Source of the DNA: Piromyces finnis finn
Taxonomy: Eukaryota > Fungi > Neocallimastigomycota
Assembly: GCA_002104945.1 (NCBI GenBank)
Contig: MCFH01000061.1
Coordinates: 124,001 to 188,000 of the forward strand
DNA: 64,000 bases
Reading direction: 5' to 3'
The translations under genes were made by a program, and so were the position numbers. Position 1 is the first letter of the stretch. Each line of letters starts with the position of its first letter. Shown piece after piece: positions 11,748 through 24,355 of this stretch. The notes beneath the pieces were generated by a model, which saw nothing but the letters and a program-made list of their open reading frames with translations, did not search any database and was not told the DNA's origin.

Positions 11748-12514
11748 TGTAATAATTATTTTATATTTATTATATAATAATAATTATTAGCTTCAAATTA
11801 ATAATATAAACTATTATTAAAATGTGAAAAAATAATAAATAAGAAACTTAACTTAATGAGTTTATTATAAGAAATTATAATAAACAAACACCAAATGTAT
11901 CAGAATGATTTTCGTGTTTAATAGCTTTTTAATATCTATTTTATTACTTGTTATTTTTATAAAGTTATTTATTATAATTAATCTTATAATAATAACTCTT
12001 GATTTCTCAAATCGAACTCAAGAGTACTATTTATATGTTTTCTTTTATTAAAATGAAAATTTCTAAGAACATTCTAATCTTAACAAAAATCTTTTTAGGA
12101 AAAGACTAGAAGAAAAACCTAAAAAGTTATTTGATTGATATTCTAATCATACCAATCATCGTAATATTAAGTAAAACCGTTAATAACGGGTAAAACCTTA
12201 ATATCCGATTTCCTATTCCATACTAATATATAATTTGATAATATTATTATTAATGTAATTAGTATGTATTATACCTTTTATAATACAAGTGTATATAAAT
12301 GAATGTATAAATATAAAAATAAATAAATTAATTAATCTAATTTAGTGAACGTATAGTTAGTAACTAAATAAATTATTGATAATATTTAACTGAACAAATA
12401 AATATAATAATTAATAAATATATTAATCTAATTTAATGGATGAATAATTATTAATTAAATAAATTATTTATAATATTTAATACTAAGAATAAATAATAAG
12501 TATTTATTCTTACA
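11748..12514 (-). mobile_element. Solo LTR, diverged family A member, TSD TATTG
   Basis: Reverse-strand similarity to the A LTR including the ACTCTTGA/TCAAGAGT hairpin; TATTG on both sides (11743-11747, 12515-12519). Confidence 0.8.
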
Positions 12515-12517
12515 TAT

Positions 12518-13131
12518 TGATAAATAATAATTATAAATACATTATATATTTGATATTAGTAGAAAATATTATTATAAAAATAATTATTAAATAATTTTAT
12601 AGTTTAACATAAAAATATAATTTACATAAAATCAAATATTTTATATATTTATATATTTGATTGGGTTAAATTATAAAAATTATTTTTAATATAAAGAATA
12701 ATAATAATTTTTAGTAGAAAAGAAGACTTAGCATATTAAGAAATAAGTTAAATTTTAATAATAGTTAATATAGTTAGTTAAATAATACATAATAATAAAA
12801 GACAAAAATAAGTTTTTATATAATAAAAATAATTGTTAAAAAGAGTATAAAAACAATAAATAAAAGAAAATATAAAAACGAAATTAAACTTGTCTAGTTT
12901 GTAATTATTGTGTTAATAATAAATAATATTTTATAGAATAAATCTGGTGTTATTATTCTATATAAATATTATTAAATAATAAAACTATTAAAATTATAAA
13001 GTAAATTAAAATAAATTAATAAAACAAGTTGATATTGTTAAAGCTCGTACAATAGCTGTCGAGATAAAACAATATAAGATAACAGAAGAAGTAGTTTAAA
13101 AAGTTGTAATATAACTACCATTCCGTTATCA
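12518..13131. mobile_element. Solo LTR family D (TGATAA...TTATCA)
   Basis: Inverted termini; the same start follows a PPT-like tract at 22604. Confidence 0.6.
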
Positions 13132-13134
13132 ATA

Positions 13135-13728
13135 TGATATAAATTGAAATTAATAAATATGAAGTTATAATCTTAATATAAACTAATCCTCAAAACAACT
13201 TAAAATAAATAATAAATCATAATAATATTTAAATATTTAATTAAAAGTATAAAATTATATATTAAAACTCAGTTTAAATTATATTTTTATTATAAAATAA
13301 ATATAATATAAATAATATTTTAAATAGCTAAATAGTGTTATATTAATTAAACTAATTACTTTAAAATAAATTGTTTATTTTTATTTATTGTTCATTATTA
13401 TTTTAAAACATATTAATATTTTATTTTAAAAAGTTAAAACAGAAAGAAAATTATAAATACATGTAATTATTTCCTAATTTAAAGAAAATCAATCAATACT
13501 TTTAATAAATTTATTAAATAAAAAGTTGATTCAAAAATATATTTTAAAATTGTGTTTTAAAACATAACTTTTATATTTTTGTTAATAATTGTTATGTTTA
13601 ATTAGAATATCTCAAATAATTTTATAATAAAAATTAATTTTAAACACTTTTCTCTTATTAATTGATAAGAATATTATCACTTTTATAATTAATTAATTAT
13701 AAATTAAGATAATATTAAACACTTATCA
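13135..13728. mobile_element. Solo LTR family O (TGATA...TATCA)
   Basis: Inverted termini; the first 54 bp recur at 15017-15070. Confidence 0.6.
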
Positions 13729-13733
13729 CATAT

Positions 13734-15013
13734 TGTTAAGGAACCAACAAATAATGTTATTTTTGTCATTATTAATGATTATGACCTAATCCATTATTGT
13801 TCCTAAATGTATGAAAACTTTACAATATTCTAATTTGTAAATTAATGTATACATGAAAATGTAAAGATATCAAACGCCACAGATTGATATCTTTAGTGTA
13901 ACTTAAGCCATAAATATTATTGTTTAAGTTACACGAATTATATTACAGAAAAAGAAAATGAGACATAATTTATTTATTAATAATTAAAGTTTAAAACAAA
14001 ATAAATTATTAATTTATTTTTAATGTTTAACAAATAAATTGAAATTCTCAATTCAAACCCCTAGTTTTAGTATTGTTTTGTAATAGAAATAGACATCTAG
14101 TATATAATTATTAAATGTTTAATATATCAATAATACATGGGCACATATTCAAATTGAATAGTACTTAATTTGAATTGCCAATTGTATTTTACAAAAAATA
14201 GTTATAGTTTAAATATTTATTAATAATTAAGATTTTAGTGTAGATTTTAAATAATAATATATAAGAAATAAATAGTTATAATATAATATAAATGTATTTA
14301 GGAAAAATATAAATAGAAGATATTTTTCATCATTTTATCGATGTAATTGTTATTAATAAAATTTCTATTATAATAAAAGATATTTTTAATAAAACAATTT
14401 TATTTGAATCTTTAGTGTTATTGTAATAGAATAGATATCTTAATCTATTCTTTCTGTGTCAGCATTACAGAAAATTATATTTAAATTTATTAATGATTAT
14501 TTTATTTATTAAACTTAAAAATTAATTTAGTAATAATAATATATTGGAAATTATAGTTTATTGAACTTTTAGTTTAATTTATCAAGTTAATGAATTTTTA
14601 TTAATTAAAATTATGAATAATATTTCTGCAAAATAGTAAAATTCTTTAGTTAAATATATGTGAAGTAAACTTTTAATGTATGTTAATCAATTCAATAATA
14701 TGTATAATTATTTATTATAATAGTAATGTAATTTTATTATTAATTTAAAAGTAATTTAAATACAAAATTTAATGTAATAATTAAAGTCTAATTCTTTTAA
14801 TTAACACTACTTAAATTTCTACAAAAGGTATAAAAAGGTGTATATTATAAGAATTAGAAAATATATAGATATTTTTATTTTTATTTTTATAATTCTATAT
14901 TCTTAATATCTTAATAAAACAATTTTTTTCTTATTTAATTTTAATATTATTTTTGAGTATTAATAAATATTTTAATATTTTATAAATAAAATTAAATTCC
15001 TCGAACCATAACA
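13734..15013. mobile_element. Solo LTR family M, interrupted by LTR K
   Basis: TGTTA...TAACA; uninterrupted inverted copy at 23149-23840. Confidence 0.8.
13860..14469 (+). mobile_element. Solo LTR family K, TSD GAAAA
   Basis: TGTAAAGATATC...ATTACA; GAAAA on both sides; the empty site is visible in the other M copy (~23715). Confidence 0.92.
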
Positions 15014-15070
15014 ATATGATATAAATTGAAATTAATAAATATGAAATTATAATCTTAATATAAACTAATG

Positions 15071-16143
15071 TGAAGATATTAACTGGATTTAAAACAAATT
15101 CAGATAATATCTATAATTAATTAAACATAATAATTATAATTAAATAATTTCAATAATTATTTCAAAACACTTTCAAAAGTCATCTTTTAAATTTTGATTC
15201 AGTGAAAGGGTTATGATTTCAAAAATTTAATATCAATACACTATAACCTTTAGCAAAAAATAAGCAAGTACGAAATAAGGCGTAACTCGCCAAAAACGAT
15301 CGCTACGGCTGTGGAATATATCTTTGAAACTAGGTTTTTTGGAAAGCTTAGGAAGAAAGCTACAATTTGGTACAATCGCGGTCCTTCTAACTGATCATTT
15401 AAGGAAGTTATGATCATTTAAAGATTTTAATAGGTAAATTAAAATCAATATGATATCAAATATGGATCATAAATATTTCTTATGATTTGATGAAATTAAA
15501 AATATATCAATAGGAATTTTAGTTATATTAATTTAATTAATGATAACGACTGTTACTAAAAATAGAACTAGACCATTTAGGTGTAACAGTTAACACCTAT
15601 AAATTAAATAATCTTAATTATTATAAAATAGGTTAACGGCAAGTTTTATTAGAAATAATTTTTAAAATAATAATTATTTAATTATAACAGATATGTTATG
15701 TTAATATCAATTAATAATGATGAATTATTAATTGAATAGTTTTTATAATTACTAATTAGGATTAAATGTTTAAATGATTAATCATATGTTTATTTTATTT
15801 TATGTCATGACAAACAAACAATCAAACAAACAGTCTTATTACTTATTTAATTATATTATTAATATATTACATGTAATACTTTATTCTTATTAATATCAAT
15901 TTAATAATCTGAACAAAGAATATAATTATAATCTTAATTATATAGTTACTAAATATAATATCATTTATATTATTATTATTAAATAAATAAAAATTTATAA
16001 AAAGTTATTTTAAAAGCAAACATTAATTTTTCATTTGGAAGTTTAAAGTGCTATTTTATTATCAAATCTAATTTCGTAAGAAACATTTTTACTATATAAT
16101 AACATTCTGACCTAGCCGCATAACCAAACCCAAAAACTTAACA
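15071..16143 (+). mobile_element. Solo LTR family H
   Basis: TGAAGATATT...AACTTAACA; matches 51713-52295 plus 59946-60488 and the inverted copy at 43340-44110; lacks the TATA/self-primer segment seen at 60210-60260. Confidence 0.85.
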
Positions 16144-16147
16144 AATA

Positions 16148-16250
16148 TGTCAAAATCACAATTCATGAAATTCGACATTTCATGAAATTTCATAATTTTG
16201 AAATTATTAATTAAATTAATTAAAATATTAATTTAATAATATTTTACTTA
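16148..16250 (+). mobile_element. Truncated LTR family G
   Basis: About 105 bp near-identical to the start of 48845-49561. Confidence 0.65.
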
Positions 16251-16436
16251 TTTGACTTCTTAAAACTTTTTATTTTGTCCTAAAAAGTACTAGATTTCTT
16301 CCTTTATGAACGTAGCTTGTGTATAAGACTTAATCTAAAGGGTAAATCTAGGTTTGATTTAAGCAAATTTCACTTCGGATTTCTTAAATAATCTTCAATA
16401 AATTTAGATTATTAAAAATTATCTATTCTTCGTTAG

Positions 16437-17046
16437 TGTAAAGATATCAAACGCCACAGATTGATATCTTTAATGTAACTTAAGCCATAAATATTATTGT
16501 TTAAGTTACACGAATTATATTACAGAAAAAGAAAATGAGACATAATTTATTTATTAATAATTAAAGTTTAAAACAAAATAAATTATTAATTTATTCTTAA
16601 TGTTTAACAAATAAATTAAAATTCTCAATTCAAACCCCTAGTTATAGTATTGTTTTGTAATAGAAATAGACATCTAGTATATAATTATTAAATGTTTAAT
16701 ATATCAATAATACATGGGCACATATTCAAATTGAATAGTACTTAATTTGAATTGCCAATTGTATTTTACTAAAAATAGTTATAGTTTAAATATTTATTAA
16801 TAATTAAGATTTTAGTGTAGATTTTAAATAATAATATATAAGAAATAAATAGTTATAATATAATATAAATGTATTTAGGAAAAATATAAATAGAAGATAT
16901 TTTTCATCATTTTATCGATGTAATTGTTATTAATAAAATTTCTATTATAATAAAAGATATTTTTAATAAAACAATTTTATTTGAATCTTTAGTGTTATTG
17001 TAATAGAATAGATATCCTAATCTATTCTTTCTGAGTCAGCATTACA
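16437..17046 (+). mobile_element. Solo LTR family K, TSD GTTAG
   Basis: Near-identical to 13860-14469; GTTAG on both sides. Confidence 0.92.
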
Positions 17047-17529
17047 GTTAGTAAAGCTCTGTTCAAAGCCTATGGTTAGTCCTTTAATTTAGGTTTTAAT
17101 TAGTAGTTTACACTTAAACTCGTTATAATTAAGAGAAATTTTGTTTTATAAGATTTATTTTATTATTTTATAAATTTATTAAAAATTATTTTAAATAATT
17201 ATAATCTTCAAAGTATTAGAAAATTATATGATTTTCAAAATATTTTAAAATTATACATTATACATTTAAAATCTTCAGAAAAAATCACTACTAAGGATTA
17301 AAGTAAGTGAATTTGTTATTCTTTTATACTTTTAATTCTTAGTTGTTTTTAAAGTTAACTATAAATAAACAATAATTTTAAATTTTTTAAACTATATATT
17401 AAATTATACATGTAATATATTATAACTAAATTTTTAATTTAAATTATTTAAATTTGTACTCAAATAAATTTAATTATCCTAATTCAATAATGACATCATT
17501 AAGTCTTCTCTTCCTAACTGGTGGAAGTT

Positions 17530-18189
17530 CTAATTCTGAGTCTGGATCAGTGTCAGCTGCTTCTTTAAAGTCGTTTTTATTGCTATTTCTTTATCTTCTA
17601 GAAGTTTCTTGATAATTTTAACTTCTTTTTCAAGTTTATCAACTAATTGCGTTAATTTGATTCGTTTAGTCTCTGGCTTCAAGTCATATCTGACATCATT
17701 GATGCGTTGTTCTAACCTTTGAAGTTTTTTATTTGTTTTGTCGATTTCTATAAGGTTCTTGGTATTACTAGAAGCTTCTATCTGTGTCTTGAGGCGTTTT
17801 ATTTTTTCTTCCATTTCGATTTGTTTATCTAAGTATGTATGTAATTCTTGTATTCGTACGTTACGTTCTCGTTCATACAACTTTTGATATTTATCCATTT
17901 GTTTGGCTGTATCTAAATAGATGTCTGTAATTGTTTTAAAGGATTGTTTTTGTTGTAGGAATGTGTCCATGATGAATTCTTCTAACCTCTGTTTATCATT
18001 CCCATCGATGAGTGTTCGTAAGGTTTCTTCAAATATACTATTTTCGGTGGGATTCCTAGTCAGGGGAGTGATAAGAGTTCGTTCCTGCCTAATATGGTTA
18101 AGAAGTGGCCTTACTGGTGCAAGGAATTCATCCTGTACATTAATGATAGTGATAACAGGAACAATATTAATAATAATTACCCTAATCAA
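17530..18189 (-). CDS. Unknown coiled-coil protein (probably frameshifted near its 3' end), antisense within a decayed retroelement
   Basis: 219 open codons, E/K/L/Q heptad-rich. A neighbouring frame continues DFKEAADTDPDSELELPPVRKRRLNDVIIELG* to ~17475. The first ~22 aa are antisense of an AAT-rich tract and probably not real. Confidence 0.4.
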   Translation of the reverse strand: MIRVIIINIVPVITIINVQDEFLAPVRPLLNHIRQERTLITPLTRNPTENSIFEETLRTLIDGNDKQRLEEFIMDTFLQQKQSFKTITDIYLDTAKQMDKYQKLYERERNVRIQELHTYLDKQIEMEEKIKRLKTQIEASSNTKNLIEIDKTNKKLQRLEQRINDVRYDLKPETKRIKLTQLVDKLEKEVKIIKKLLEDKEIAIKTTLKKQLTLIQTQN

Positions 18190-18527
18190 TTAAATAATCA
18201 ATATTATAATAATTGTTATAGTAAGACCTTACCAGAAAATAATTACAATAAAGCAACCAAAATAAATTTAAACAATCCATCTGAATCAAATAATTTAAAC
18301 TAGTCTATGGGAGAAGGACAACTCCCAGTAATCAAACCAAGTTTGGCAATTCTTTTGATTCAAATGATGAAATAAATGAAAATATTATGTATGTTCATAA
18401 TAATAATAATGAACTAAATGGGAATAATTATTTCTATGATAGTCATAATGTTAATTTTAACAACAATCCTAATATTAATTTTATTTATAATGATACTAAT
18501 AATAATAATAATAACAATTCTTATGAT

Positions 18528-18562
<35 letters not shown>

Positions 18563-19697
18563 TTCTTATGATATTAATAATAATAATAATTATATATATG
18601 ACAATAATACTTATGTTTATGATATTAAACACAATGATAATAATTATGATATTAGTGATAATAAGGATAACTATATATATGATGAAAATAACTATGATGT
18701 TTATGCTACTAAGTATAATAATTATGATGATAATAATAATAATAAAGATTTTAATATAAATTGTGAAAATATTTATAATAATATCAACGAATATAAATGT
18801 AACAATATTAATAATATTAATAAAGATAATGATAAGTACAAGGAAAACAACAATAATGTTTATGAGAAAGATTATGGAATATTAAATAATTCTTGTGGGT
18901 GTGATAGAAGTTGTACATCTAATAATAATAATATGATAATAAATTGTAAGACATTAAATATAAAAGAACAATATTATGATAGACAACAAGAAAATAAAAA
19001 TGAGTACTGCCATATAGGTGAAGATAATGAAGTGGTAGCTGTTACTCAGAAGAATGAAAAATTAAATAAGTCTAAAAGGTTAACACCATTTAAAGATACC
19101 GAAAGAAAATTAAAAGAAAACCCTATTTCTTTTAGCACACCTGCCTTAAAATTAGCTAAACGAAAAATGAATAATAATAAAACTAATAAAAGCGTAGCTA
19201 TGGATGAAGATACCACATTAGAGGAAAATATTGAAACCAATACTATGAATGAAAATAAAAGTCCAGATAAAAATCCGAAGAAGGAAAAACAGGTATCATT
19301 TTCTGAAGATGTGAAATCAATTAAAGAATCCGAAATATTAGTTTTAGATGATAATATTAATGAAGAAAATAACAAAAGTGATAAAGTCTTAGAAACCACT
19401 AATGATAATAATAACACAAATAAATTAAATTATTTAGATTTGTCTGTTATTAATAAACCCAATATTTCAAATTCAAAAAAATTAAGTAAACAAGAAAAAA
19501 TAAATGAAATAAAGAATAAATTAAGTGATAGTATGAATGAAATTCAAATCTTGCATAAAACTAGTAATACAAAATTGGAAAAGCATATTAAAATGATGGA
19601 ATTAATTGATGATTTCAAAATTAATGATTTGATAAAAGATGTTGCCTCTACTGATGTAGTAGCAAAGTTAGGTTATCTGTTAGATTTATTTCGGTAG
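18094..19697 (+). pseudogene. Gag-tail-like ORF (18094-18303) joined by a predicted -1 frameshift to an Asn/Lys-rich ORF (open from 18294; ATG 18387-19697); probably gag/pol N-terminal remnant
   Basis: T TTA AAC at 18294-18300 directly before the stop, followed by a hairpin. The second ORF has no catalytic motifs and abuts protease-like sequence. Confidence 0.45.
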
Positions 19698-19699
19698 TA

Positions 19700-21540
19700 C
19701 CTTTTGATATCATCCTTAACTCTTCTAATATCGAAACCAAGATTCTCATCAATTCTGCTTCTCAGTTTGATTTAATGGACATCAATTTTTCTAAGACTTC
19801 TCGGATTCCTTTCTCTCACTACTCCGATCTTCCGAACGTTGCAGGAATTGGTGGTAACCAATCCATTATTAGGAAAACCTATCCTTTACTTTTGTCTTAT
19901 AAAAATCACAATTGCTATGTTTCCTTCTACGTGGTCGATATTCCTTCTTACTGCTGTCTCTTAGGCGCCGGATGGCTAAATTGCCACAATCCATCCATTG
20001 ATTTCCGTTCCAAAGAGCTATCCTTCTCTTCCGATTACTGTAAGACCTATTGTCTTCAATCTTCTCCAAAGAAAATATTACAAAAATCTGGCTCTCCTCT
20101 TCTACTCCGGTCTCTGCCCTCCCGATCCACTCTGTTGTTTCTCTCGATGCTCGGTCCTCTGACTCCTCGTCTTCTTCATCCCTCCCCGCTTCTCTCTCGC
20201 AGTTCTATGATGTTTTTAATGAGGTCTCGGCTAATAAGCTTCCTCCTCACCGCATTTACGACTGCGAAATTAACTATAAACCTAACTCTAAGCTGTTTTA
20301 CGGTCCTATTTATCCATTAACTCAGCAGGAATCCAAGGCTCTGGAGGATTATATCGAAGAAAACCTTAAAAAGGGATTTATCCTTAAAGGTAAGTCCCCT
20401 GCTGGAGCACCATCCTCTTTGTCAAGAAGAAGAATGGAGATCTACGTATATGCGTTGATTATCGAAGACTCAACGAAATCACTATATGTGATTCATATCC
20501 TCTTCCCTTTATTAATGATATGTTGGAACATTTAAGGTGTGGGAAGGTCTTCTCCAAGATGAACTTAAGTTCAGTCTATAATTTAGTGCGAATTAAGAGC
20601 GGCGATGAATATAAAACTGCTTTTAACTGTCAATTCGGGCACTTTGAACATACTGTAATGCCGTTTGGACTCAAGAACGCTCCAGCAATATTCCAGCATT
20701 TCATCAATGGTGTCTTCGATGATAGTATCGGAAAGTATGTTTACGCGTACATTGATGATATCATTATATTTTCTGAAAATGATGACGCCCATTTAACGCA
20801 CCTTTGCTCTGTTCTCCAACGTCTCAGGTCCGCGGGTCTCTTTGCCAAGTTAGAGAAATGCAAAATTTTCTCCCCATCTCTTGATTTTCTTGGACATCGG
20901 ATTTCCGACAATGGCATCTCGATGGATCCATCCAAAGTGTGTACTATTTTAGACTGGCTCACTCCATCAAACGCCAAAGAAGTGCAATCATTTATTGAGC
21001 TTGCAAACTATTATAGGAGGTTCATCCCTAAGTTTGCCAAAGTAGCGCATCCCCTTAACTTCCTTCTAAAAAAGGGTAAGTCTTTTGCATGGTCAAAGGA
21101 GGCCATTGAGGCTTTCCTCTCTTTAAAACGCCTTTTTACTTCCGCCCCGGTCCTCATCTTCCCCGATTGCTCTCTTCCGTTCTTTCTTGAAACTGACGCC
21201 AGTAATTATGCTATTGGCGCAGTACTTTCTCAGGTTTCTCGAACAGATAACAAAAGGCATCCCGTAGCATTCTTTTCTCGTTCCTTATCAGCTACTCAAG
21301 AGTCCACTCAGGCCTCCCCATTCTTTCTAAATTATGGTTTCAATCCGAGACACTCTCCTGCCATTCCTAGCCAAACTGAAGTTCCTAGAGCTAATCTCTT
21401 CACTAGAGATTTAAAAAGAATCATTGATGAACTGAGGGACCATTTATCCCGAGCTACCGAAACTCAAAAGAAATTCGCCGATAATCATAGAAAAAAACCT
21501 CCCAACTCTAAAATTAACGATAAAGTTTAGATTAGAAGCT
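19700..21540 (+). pseudogene. Degenerate Ty3/Gypsy pol (PR-RT-RH plus integrase tail) with frameshifts and a large internal deletion
   Basis: ILINSAS (eroded LIDSGS), LGAGWL..HNPSIDF, VMPFGLKNAP, YIDD, ETDAS. Jumps from RNase H straight to SPFFLNYGFNP at ~21290. PPT-like GTAGAGGA before TGTAA at 21616. Confidence 0.88.
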
Positions 21541-21615
21541 ATTTATTCGACAGAAAGGGAAATAAAAAACTTAAACCCAGAAAGCTAATTCGTCTGGTAT
21601 CCGAATCGTAGAGGA

Positions 21616-22568
21616 TGTAAAATATTGTATTAATAGAATAATGTATTTAATACGTATTTAAAATAATGTATAATATATTGAATTAATGTAACGTAAATCT
21701 TTACAAAATTTACATTACAATACATTAACATAAATTTATGTAAATTTAATTTTATGATAAGATAAAGTTTTTGATGATAAAATAAATTTTTTTAAATTAA
21801 ATAATTTTTAACCAATAAATATATTAGATAAGAAAAAAATTTTTTATAAACTAAGCCTCGAAATTAGAAATAAATAAATTAAATATATGTTAAAATATAA
21901 TCAACCATTGTAATGTTGGAAACGGAAAGAATAGATTAGGATATCTATTCTATTACAATAACACTAAAGATTTAAATAAAATTGTTTTATTAAAAAATAT
22001 CTTTTATTAATAGAAATTTTATTAATAACAATTACATCGATAAAATGATGAAAAATATCTTCTATTTATATTTTTCCTAAATACATTTATATTATATTAT
22101 AACTATTTATTTCTTATATATTATTATTTAAAATCTACACTAAAATCTTAATTATTAATAAATATTTAAACTATAACTATTTTTAGTAAAATACAATTGG
22201 CAATTCAAATTAAGTACTATTCAATTTGAATATGTGCCCATGTATTATTGATATATTAAACATTTAATAATTATATACTAGATATCTATTTCTATTATAA
22301 AACAATACTAAAACTAGGGGTTTGAATTGAGAATTTCAATTTATTTGTTAAACATTAAAAATAAATTAATAATTTATTTTGTTTTAAACTTTAATTATTA
22401 ATAAATAAATTATGTCCCATTTACTTTTTCTGTAATATAATTTGCGTAACTTAAACAATAATATTTATGGCTTAAGTTACATTAAAGATATCAATCTGTG
22501 GCGTTTGATATCTTTACAAAAAATATCAAAAATTCATATATTTATTATTATTTATGAATATTTTATCA
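21616..22568 (+). mobile_element. Probable 3' LTR of the degenerate element, interrupted by inverted LTR K
   Basis: Starts TGTAAAATATT after the PPT and ends AATATTTTATCA (near-perfect inverted terminus). Confidence 0.5.
21909..22518 (-). mobile_element. Solo LTR family K (inverted; flanks do not match)
   Basis: Reverse-complement match to the other K copies; flanks ACCAT/AAAAA. Confidence 0.9.
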
Positions 22569-22603
22569 GCTACCACTAAGTTGTATCTTAGGGGAGGAAA
22601 TCT

Positions 22604-24355
22604 TGATAAATAATAATTATAAATATATTATATTTGTAAAGATATCAAACGCCACAGATTGATATCTTTAATGTAACTTAAGCCATAAATATTATTGTTT
22701 AAGTTACACGCATTATAAAATAAAAGTAATTAAAAATAACAATAAAAGAAATAATTAAAAGTTAAAGAATATAAAAAGTTGTTTATTTTACAATTAATTA
22801 AAGTAATAATTATTTTTAATATTTTAATAAAAGTGTATAATTATATTATTTTATAACATGAATTATTATATTTGTTTACTTTTAAAGTGTAATTTACTAA
22901 CGAAGTTATTAAATATTTAATTTAATAATTAATTTAACAAAAGTTATATATTTTGATCTCAATTAATTAAAGTTTATTATTTTCTTTCAATAATTAAAAT
23001 ATATGCAGTGTTAAGGATTAATTTTATTTTAGAATTTTGGTAAAGTAATTAATTAAACTATAACCTAAAATAAGTTACTTATAGGGTTAATTTGAAAATC
23101 AGGTTTAATAATAATTTTTACATTTATTAATTTCATTATTTATCAAAATGTTATGGTTCGAGGAATTTAATTTTATTTATAAAATATTAAAATATTTATT
23201 AATACTCAAAAATAATATTAAAATTAAATAAGAAAAAAATTGTTTTATTAAGATATTAAGAATATAGAATTATAAAAATAAAAATAAAAATATCTATATA
23301 TTTTCTAATTCTTATAATATACACCTTTTTATACCTTTTGTAGAAATTTAAGTAGTGTTAATTAAAAGAATTAGACTTTAATTATTACATTAAATTTTGT
23401 ATTTAAATTACTTTTAAATTAATAATAAAATTACATTACTATTATAATAAATAATTATACATATTATTGAATTGATTAACATACATTAAAAGTTTACTTC
23501 ACATATATTTAACTAAAGAATTTTACTATTTTGCAGAAATATTATTCATAATTTTAATTAATAAAAATTCATTAACTTGATAAATTAAACTAAAAGTTCA
23601 ATAAGCTATAATTTCAATATATTATTATTACTTTATTATTACTAAATTAATTTTTAAGTTTAATAAAATAAAATTTAAGTTGAATAAAATAATCATTAAT
23701 AAATTTAAATATAATTTTCATGTATACATTAATTTACAAATTAGAATATTGTAAAGTTTTCATACATTTAGGAACAATAATGGATTAGGTCATAATCATT
23801 AATTATGACAAAAATAACATTATTTGTTGGTCCCTTAATAAAAATAATACGTAGAAAATATTATCTTAATTCCATAAATGAATATAGAAAGTGATAATAT
23901 TTGTATCTAAAAAAAAATATTTAATAAATAAAAATAAAGAAAATAAAAATAAATGATTTTTATACTTGTTCATTTTCAAGTATTAGTTAGTTTTATAAAA
24001 TATAGTTTATTTAATTATAAATTTTGATATTTAATAACTCTAGTATTATTAAATATATATATATATTATTATTAATACATCTCGTTATGTATATGAATAT
24101 AATTATAAGTATTATTTTAATAAATTTAATATTATTATCTAATTTTTCTGGATTATTAGGAACATTTTTAAAAATAAGTAATTCTATCACTATTTATACA
24201 AAATTATTATTTTAAGGTATAATTATAAACAAATATAAACTATTTAATTTAAAAAGAAATAAACAATTAAATAAATAAAAAGTTTACGTTTATAATTTTT
24301 AATTTAATAATTTTATACATGTTAAATATTTTAAATTTTTATCTATATTTTAATT
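22604..24355. mobile_element. Second LTR stack: D start, K fragment (22635-22710), C part (to 23145), M (23149-23840), N part (23845-24355)
   Basis: Each block matches another copy in the window (12518, 13860, 10931, 13734, 63094); spacers of 3-4 A. Confidence 0.75.

Noticed and set aside
22569-22603. TRIM-like mini-element, or a tRNA PBS (minus-strand TGGTAGC)
   Set aside because: The flanking LTRs belong to different families and the TGG lies on the wrong side of the LTR terminus. It is better read as a PPT-bearing tail of a deleted element.
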